Of a stretch of DNA of 64,000 nt, positions 1-9,000 are shown one piece after another (positions within the stretch are counted from its first letter, which is position 1; each line of letters opens with the position of its first letter). A model generated the notes under the pieces. The model had not been told where the DNA came from and searched no databases. It worked only from the letters and a program-made list of their open reading frames with translations. The translations under genes and the position numbers were made by a program. The stretch spans positions 2,221 to 66,220 of IMG/VR virus record IMGVR_UViG_3300021185_002143, one strand, 5' to 3'. This DNA is from a virus. Its lineage: Duplodnaviria; Caudoviricetes.

Positions 1-3000
1 TCATACTCTTCTCTCAGCTCGTACAGATATCTTCTGTATTGTTGTTCCACATCTACAGTATGCGCTTTGAATGGCTTGAACTGGTCAATCATAATTTGAA
101 GAGGCATATCTTCCTTACGTAGTAGCGTTGGGTCAACGTCTTTAGATTCATACAGTTTCTTAAACCTCTTATATATGTCTGGACCATATGCTTCCTTGAG
201 GACATAGGCCATTCGTTTAGTCATCTTGGTGAGCGAGTCATCTGTCCGAGTCTCTACAATAGGATTATCATTAGATGAATTTCTGTTTTCCGAGATGTCA
301 ATCAGAGATGAGGCGAGGATTTGTGGATCTAGATACTGGTCAGTCAGGAAACCTGTGATCAGTTTACCTGCACCTGATGCATACTCACCACGTCGTACAT
401 CCTCTATCATTCTAAGAGCGGGGTCACCCAGTAGAGAGTAGGGGTTAGAGAATGTTAAGTCCAAGCTGGTAAGTTCATCTGTCTCCTTATCTCGGAAGAA
501 CCAGAACGAATGCCCACGTAAGTATGAAGGTATTCCAGCCCGCATGGACTCATCTTCTTCCTCACCTATCCCAGCAATGTGTTGGAGAACAGCTGGCACA
601 GTAGTTGACCACACGCCCAGCATCATGCTCATACTCGCGAACCTGTTTTGTCCCCTCCTCCTGAGCACCTTGTTGCCACTACGCATCTCCTCGAAAGATA
701 GCCTGTATGTGTTCATAACAATCCTCGGAACCTCCGCCTTGAATCGAATAAACGGAGCGAACAGCATAGCGAAGTTGGATTGAGACAACCCAGTAATAAA
801 TGGTGGAGCCTCACTATGTGACTGAGCCGTCATCTTAACCTTCTTAGCGGCCATTCTCTTGAGCTGATACTCATCGGTAGGTATAGTTGAATCAGGCTCA
901 CCGCTCGCCTTACGTAGGATCTTGAGCTCGTGCTCGAAGTAGCCTATCTTGTAGAACGCATCAATGGCGGAGGCTAACTCGGCTGCTTTTTCATATAAGT
1001 ATTTAGCTGGTTTCGTACCTTTTTTAATCTTACTCAACACACCCATTTGTTCTTCCATTAAGATGTCAGGAGTTGTCTTACCCCTCATTAAGTCCAGCAT
1101 CATCTGACCTCGAACTTCATCTCCTATAATTCCAAGAGAGGTATACTCAATCATAGCTTCCTCAATCTGCTCACCACGTATTGCACCCTTCGCCTTGACG
1201 CCCGCACGTTGCATCATGATCCATGGCACATCCACAACCGCCTTATAATATCCCTGTGATGGACCGAAGAAAGCCATGTTACTGAAGGCATTACGGACAA
1301 AGAAACCAACGCTACCGAGTGTCTTACTAGCCATTGACAAGCCAGTTACCGCCCTAGAAAACATACCAAATGATGCGATCACTTCCTCCGATTTAGTTTG
1401 GGCAGCCCTAAGTTCTGTGCGATCAAATGTCTTGTCAAATCCATCCCTTAATTCAGGTGGGCCATAGAATCCAGCAAGCGGATCACCATCAGATGTTTCA
1501 TTGGTGTTTCTCATAGGAACCCAGAGCTCATACTGATCCATATCAGCCTCACGTTCCTCCTGAGTGATCAGGAAACCCTCGGCTTTACCCATCTCCGCTA
1601 CATTGTTAATGAACGACTGGTTCGCAGACATCTTCGCTACAGTAGAAAATGTTCGTAGCAGGTTATCAACCGTACCATCCTGACCATACTCACCCAGTAG
1701 ATTACGTAGAGATATATCTAAGTCCTTCTTTTGCTTAAGGTTATCAATCATAATGCGGTGTGACTCCGAATGATTCTTTGCAAGGGAACTCATACTATGA
1801 GGTTGATATGATTCTAGAAATTCATCCAACATACGTTGACCTTTCGGGTGTCCACTATCATCCGCCGTTCTGAGCTTCGCCTCAGCTTGCGCCTTCGCTT
1901 CTGTCTCAGTCAGATCTTTTTCCTTCACGAGCTGCGCCGTTTTATCTTTAACGTATTGCTTCTCAAAATATTTCTTAGCGGCTTCACGGACTTCATGGTA
2001 AGCAGAATCCTTCTTAACTTTGGATGCATAGTTAGAATCAGTAAACATGCGATAGGATCTAGTGATATAGAAGTCCATGTTCATGTCTAGTCTAGCTTGA
2101 AGCTCCTCATTTAATCCGAAGTTGTCCTTGATGTATGTAGACAATGGTTGGATAAGTTCCTTACGTACATCTCTGATGTGCTGAGCTAACTCAGGAGATA
2201 AGAGTTCGAGCTCCGCCATCTTCTCATCCTTTGTCCGTAGTATCTCATCCCTAGCGATGATCTCCTCGGACTGAACGGCTTGCCTCTTACGTAACTTAGA
2301 CGCTTCTTCAGCAGCTTCCGCTTGCTCATTGGTGAGATCCTTGTTGTCTCTAATAGCTTTAAGCTCAGCCTCGTGAACCGTATCAATGGCCTCAAGGGTA
2401 TCACTTGTTAATACAATACCCTTCGCGTCACCCATTGCCTTCTCCAACATTTCTTTTTGGTAATCGTTAGGCTCGCCATTGAATGCTTTCTTGACAAGCT
2501 TATCCATCTTCCTCTTGTATTTAGTAACAATCAGATCCGAAGCCCTTAAGAATGCTAGTCTGTTCTTATGGAGGTCGGTGATGCGTGGATCTACCTCTCC
2601 TCTAAACAAACGCTGATACCATTTACGAGGCGCATTATAATCACCCGTCGTATACACAGGCATCTCAAGTGTTTTGATGAACCCAGCCATGTTGATGCTG
2701 TCCGCCTCTACGGAAGAACCAGCCTCGAGCGATGAACGCAACGCCCTACGTGCCACAGGTTTATACTTCACATTAAATTGTTTCATGGCATCACTACCAA
2801 CACCAAGGTCAAACACGAACTGCTGATCCCATCCATAGTTTCGCCACAACCCGAGACCACCCGTGCTCTGCACTACTTTTCTGACAGACCAAGTCTTCTT
2901 AGAAGTTGTGGCCATCTTCTGTAGCTCAGCGATCTGAGTCTTGTGATACTTCTGGATACGTTTAAAGTTATCTTCGATGTAGGCAACCACATCTGCATCT

Positions 3001-6000
3001 GCATTATCATGTACCTTCCTGACATTCCCAAGAAGGGCGAAGGAATACTCAAGATTCTTACCAACCTTCATGACTACATCTTTGTTGTTAAATGTTTGTG
3101 CGTCCACTACATCTACCATTGCCCTGACATATTCTTCAGGAGCCGCTGTAGCAAGCCACTCTGAGAACTCATTATGTATGTGAATCGGGAGCTGACTCTC
3201 TAGCCTTACTTTGAAATCACTTAAGTCTTTATCTGTGTTTTCAAAACCCCACTTGGCCCATGCATCATAACCCTTTGTCATAGCGCCAGAACTTTGCAGG
3301 TCTTGTATCATCTTAGCTTTCTTATTAGCGCCCATACCTTCTGCTTTCTTAACAGCGGTAGTCAATACGTTACGACGAGCCCTAGACATGTTTACGATCT
3401 GTCCTGAACCTGAACCCTGAGTCTTGATTGCTGGAGCGTTAATCTCTCCATTCGCAGCTATGAGCTGGACCATTAATGGAACAGTATTCGGGACTGGTGT
3501 CACACGACCACCCTCACTTTTAAGTTGTTCTATCTTCGCCGACAATACATCAGCTTCTTCATTCGTTAGCTCACCCTTACTAACTCGATCTCCTAGCATA
3601 AAGAACTCATCGTCCAATGTAATCGGACTCATAGACCCAACAGAGATAGATCCATCTGAATCAATACTGAAGTCTACCAGTGACCGCGAGCCTATCTCTC
3701 CGATAGCGACCTCCATCGTGGGACTGGTAGGTAATGACAACTCGTCAGTTATAATCTCCATATAGCCAGCACCCTCGAGTTCTGATAATGCCTGTCTTAG
3801 CTTTGATACATCAGTCGTTCCGACTGCTTGATATGTAACCTCACCAGATGAGACTTCATTGTTAAGACGAGCAAGCAAACTATCATCTGCGGCTACTTCA
3901 GATGAACCTTTAGCTTGTTGTATATCTCGAAGAGAACGTATGTATAATGCAAAAGTATCATCAAGTGCTTTAGTAAGTTCTGGGCTTGTACCAAAGTCGG
4001 CGGCCAGTCCTTCATATAAGTCAGCATCCAGTGCTTCCAGAGCAGAAAGACCTAACTTGAGATTCATAGTGTTAGGGTTCATCAACTCATGATTAAAGCC
4101 CTCGATATATTCGGCAAGGATTCCCCTTTGTTGATCTACGTCAGGGGTGTTGATAATATTTTCTGATGTAGTAAGTGGACTAATATCAGACCCAGATAAC
4201 ATTGTGTCTTCTACGAGTGCACGTACATCATCTAACACAGCTTCATAAAACTCCTCAGGAACCTCATCAGTTTCTCTGGGTATTTGTTTTAGTGCGTTCT
4301 CATATGCTTCTTCTGCAATAGAACGTCTTGCATCCGTAACACGGCGGTGTCGCGCCTGTAAAGATGTCCGTAAAGTTTTCCTAATGTCTGTTGTAGTTTG
4401 TGGTGAGCTGTCTACCTCTTCTTTTTCTGGGTAGTCAACAAGTCCACCAGTTAGGTCTCGAACAAACTCGATCTTCTGCTTAGGTATAATATCTGGTAAA
4501 GCATTTAATCCTTCTACTGCCCTTAGTTCTGCAACAAAATCCTCTGGGTCTGAAACCATCTTATCATTTAGTATAGCCGCGAGCGTCTCAAATGAATTGT
4601 CTGGGTTATTTGGGTCAAAGTTTAGGTGTGTCGGAGCGAGTCGATACCCCCTCTTAATCGCACGTAACTCATCCACTAGTCGATTGATCGAGGATGACAG
4701 GTATTTGTTATCAATACTACCCATAGCGCGAGCCGCCGCTACCCTTTTAAACAGACCCGATACATAACGGAAGAGGATCTTCATCATGGATGGGTTTGTT
4801 TTGTAAAAGGCGTGATCTTCCTCAGTTGTGTATCCACGCGTGATACGTTGTCCTACTGAACGGAGGTGTTCCTCCACTAGCATACGCTTAGTTTCGAGAA
4901 TATCTTGTTCTAGGGCAGCCTTCTCCTCAGGTGTCATATCCGAAGTTATTTCTGTCGCTAGTAAAGCCTTCGCGTCATCACGTTTAGCTTGGTTTGTGGT
5001 AAAGTAGTTATCAATAATCCTGTCAAACTCTCTAGAGTTTAGGGTCGAAGCTAACTGATCTATCTCAGACTGAGGTATTGCATTATAGGAAGCTACGTGA
5101 GCCAGCTCCTCCTCAATGACTGCTGACATCAGCAACCGAGAAGACACAACGTCCATGTCCTTGGTGAGCTGAAAAATATTCTCTGGGTTAAGGTAAACCA
5201 TACCACCCTGCATCTTAGCTGGACCAGAAGATTCTGTGTCGAATGCTAGATTAACTTCAGGGGGAATCAGATTACGCATGTGCTGAACTATAACCCTTAG
5301 TTTCTTCTGAGCCTCAGTCAAACTTAGTGAATCATCGGGGACATCTAGTTCATCTAGATTGTCTATTAATGCCTCTACCTCTGCCTCATTGTCTAGTTGG
5401 TTTTGTTCGAGGGAGCTATTAAGAGCTTGTTGCTCACGTTCATTGAGGGGCTTGTCTTCATCGCGTTGGGTCTGGGCTCGGTCTTCATAACCTCGCATGT
5501 TATTAAATCCAATAGCACGGAGCATCATGTTATTACGATCCATCCGAACCATGGCGGCCTTAGCTATTCTCTTCGCCGCTGTCTTGGCACTAGCCTCTAC
5601 ACCAGCACCAGCTTTGACTGTTATGACATCTACAATAGCATCACTATACTCAGCGGCTTCTGCGGACGTAACACCTCTCTCAAAGAACCTGAGGATAGCG
5701 TCCCCAATTCTCTTGAAGAAACTCTTCTTGGCATTCTTGGATTTACCGAGTGCGAGAATCTCTTGCTGTAACTCGTTAGAAAGCATCACACCTGCGATAA
5801 ACTCATCTATGTTACCAAGGGAGTCCATGATAGGACTATTGGCAGCATACCCATTGTCGGTAGCGGCTTGCCTAATCTCACCCATCAGATTTTCTAATCG
5901 GGACATCGCTTCCTGTTGCTTAGTGCTAAGGCTATCTTTCGGTTTAGCAAACGCATCAGAAAGGGTGGCGTGTAAATACTCCTCTAGTAATACATTAGTA

Positions 6001-9000
6001 AGCCCTTTGCCATTGTGACCATTTAAGTTAAGAGTCACCCCATGGGAACCATCAGTATACTTGGTATACAACCCCGCATACTTACTCAAGTTAAGTTCGG
6101 TAATATCAAAGTCTACTGACCTTATGAACGCTGGGTTCTCAAGTAGTAGCTCAGCCACTAGTGCGTGCTGTTTATTTGACTTATTTTTTGCGATGTTTTG
6201 TAGAGCGTTGATTACACTTTCTGGATTACCAGAGACTAGTCCCAATCTATTAGCTTCTGCTCTGTTGAGTTCTCTAGCCATGGCTTGCCCTGCTTGGCTA
6301 ACCCTAGACTTGGCCATCCGACTGCGACGAACTCGTGTGTTTTCCTTGGCAAAAGCGCCAGCGTCTGCACCATTCTTAATGTTCTTCTGGAAACTATCCT
6401 TGTAACCTGAATCCTGACTCATGTTTCCGTCAACTGAGGCAGTATTGACATTGAGAACTTTGAGAGCGTTCTGCAGACGTAATATATCAGGGTCCTGTTG
6501 GGTTGAGTCCTCATTCTGCATCGACGCAAGCCTCTCTTTAAAAGACTTGACCTTCTGGTTTTGGTTACCTTGAGCCAACCAATCTTGAAGCATAACTGCG
6601 AGCTTGGGACTTGATGCCTTCTTGACAAACTTACGGTCAGCCGTAGTACCTGAAAAAACAGAATTTAGCAGTAAATTTTCAAGTTCAGCTCTGACTGCTT
6701 TGTTTTTATCTAGATTCTCAAGGTGTGTCGCCACTTGATCATACGTCATGTATGTATCTGTCCGATTAGGTGCAAGGTCATCAATACGGGCTCTCTCATA
6801 ATTAGCTACGACCTCCCTATCGAAGTTAATAGCCCCAGCATTTCCATCACTGGCAGCGTCAATTTCAACAATCTGTATTGAGTTCTTACGTCTTTTATTG
6901 GCATCATAAAGCTGCTGAACTCCCATGCGAGTAGACACAAGCTTAGCTACGTCTTCAACAATAGGCATCTTACCGCTGGTTTGCTGGTTGTTGAGGATCT
7001 CGTCTAGGACATAGTTCGATATAGTTTCCAGACTGTTGTCACTAACCCTACTTATTGAGAGCATAGGAGCCACCTGTTTCGCTAATCTTTTTTGACCCGC
7101 TGCATTTTTAGGTAAGTCCGTAAACTCCATGAATGCCTGAAGTATTTTTGTCCTAGCCGCCAGTTCATTTTTCTGGTTTAGTTCATACTTGCCCTCTTTG
7201 TTTTGCTGAACATACGGGAGAACGCTTGTATTGCTATCACCCCTAAGCATTTCTATTCTAACGGCGCGGGTCGATGCATAGTATCTCATCTCAGCTTGCA
7301 CAGACAGTGATCCAAGGGACAAATAATTCTCGTCTAGGACTCTACCTCTGGGTGTCATCAAGTTAAAGAAACTCCCCTGAGTTGATGAATTAAGGGAGGA
7401 GCTGACGTATGAGTCGGTTGACTCGATTACCTCTGATACAGATACGGTTTCACCTTCTTGTATAACACGCATCGTGGATGGACCCGACGGTATACTAGCG
7501 ACGTCCACAGCCAACTCACCTACCTTAGTTTCTGAAAATATATAAGATGCAGTCATATACTTCTCTAACGTGGAAGTATCTTCGATTGTGTCTCTACTCT
7601 TTTTGGCCTTACTCTTAGTAGATATCTGCATAGCCTCTAGAACATCAGGCTTTCTAATCATTGTCACACGTCTACCCTCTTTGTAGTCTACCTCAAACGC
7701 CTCGTTGACATCACTAGGGTCCATGTCTAGAGGTATGCTAAATGGAATCTCAGCTTCTTCCAGTAGGGCCATGGTAAGTGGGTTGTTATCAAACACGCCT
7801 TTACCATCAGCATCTACATATGCCCTGTGAATACGGCGAATTGATTTTTTTTCGACTGGGTGATACCACGTCGCGGCCTTTGTATCCTTCGTAGTGATCG
7901 TCCTCCCTCCGACTGGCTCAGCGACTTCAATCCAAGGACTATTTTCATATACCTGTACCGCAATGTAGTCAGAAATACGTGAGTAATTATGGCGATTACC
8001 CCCACCTAATACAAGACCATAGCTTCGGTTACTGTTGATACGGACAGGATACCCGAGATCAATGAGACGCTGTATCTTAGGGGCGTTGTTGTTGGGATCT
8101 CCTAATCCTACTAACTCTTCTATCTCTTCACTTAGTTCCATCACCTCATCCGCTTCCTCCTGTAAGACGGGTTCTGATATATCTTCTTCTAAGACACGTT
8201 TGTATGATTCTTCGGAGCGTGCCTGAGTGACTTCATCTGGGTTAATACCAGTCGCTTGTAGATTACTTACTTCCCGTGGCGTAGGTGGTGGGGACAGTAT
8301 GTCAAGAGACGCTGGGGATATGGTAGAGGTATCTACATCAAGGTCTAAGATAGAATCGGATTCTTGAGTGAAGTCTAACTCTAATTGAATAGGGGCCTTA
8401 GCTGATTCACGCTCGAAGTTTTCTTCAGCTATAGCTTCACGGCTAGCCCGCTCCCAATCTTCTGGGGTGCGCTCATCGAGCTCTTCCATGATAGTAAAGA
8501 CATCCTGTGTGTCTTGGTCTACACCAACTTGTTCGTTAGTATCTGGGTCTATGACCCCAACGATGTTGTTCTCACGATCAAGCACGTAGTTCTCTGAAAT
8601 AGTTACTGCGGCATCAGATTCAGAAATCTTACCATCGGTAATGGCCTCAATCTCTTGAGCAACAAACCCAGCTTCCACGACTCCATTCTGTCTAATTAAC
8701 TTAGCTACACGCTGACGGATAAATGGCTCTGACTTCTCTACACTTGGCTCAACGACGCCTATTTCTAGTGGGGCGACTGTCTCTGAATCTACTTCAATAG
8801 GATCAGCGTCCTGTTCTGTGGTGGCTTCTTGTGGGAATACAATCGTATTAAGGGTATCCGATCCATCTTCTGATGGGATCACTACTCCATTAGACAGGCC
8901 AACTACCCTCGAGTAAGTTTTGTCACGGACTTTAACATCTTCCTTAATCGCTACAACTGTAGCTACGTTCCCGCTTGGTAGTAACACCGAGTCACCTTCG

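Noticed and set aside
6095-6120. DFDIT as an RNA polymerase DxDxD catalytic motif in the giant protein
   Set aside because: The third Asp is missing and the context leads into a zincin-like domain.
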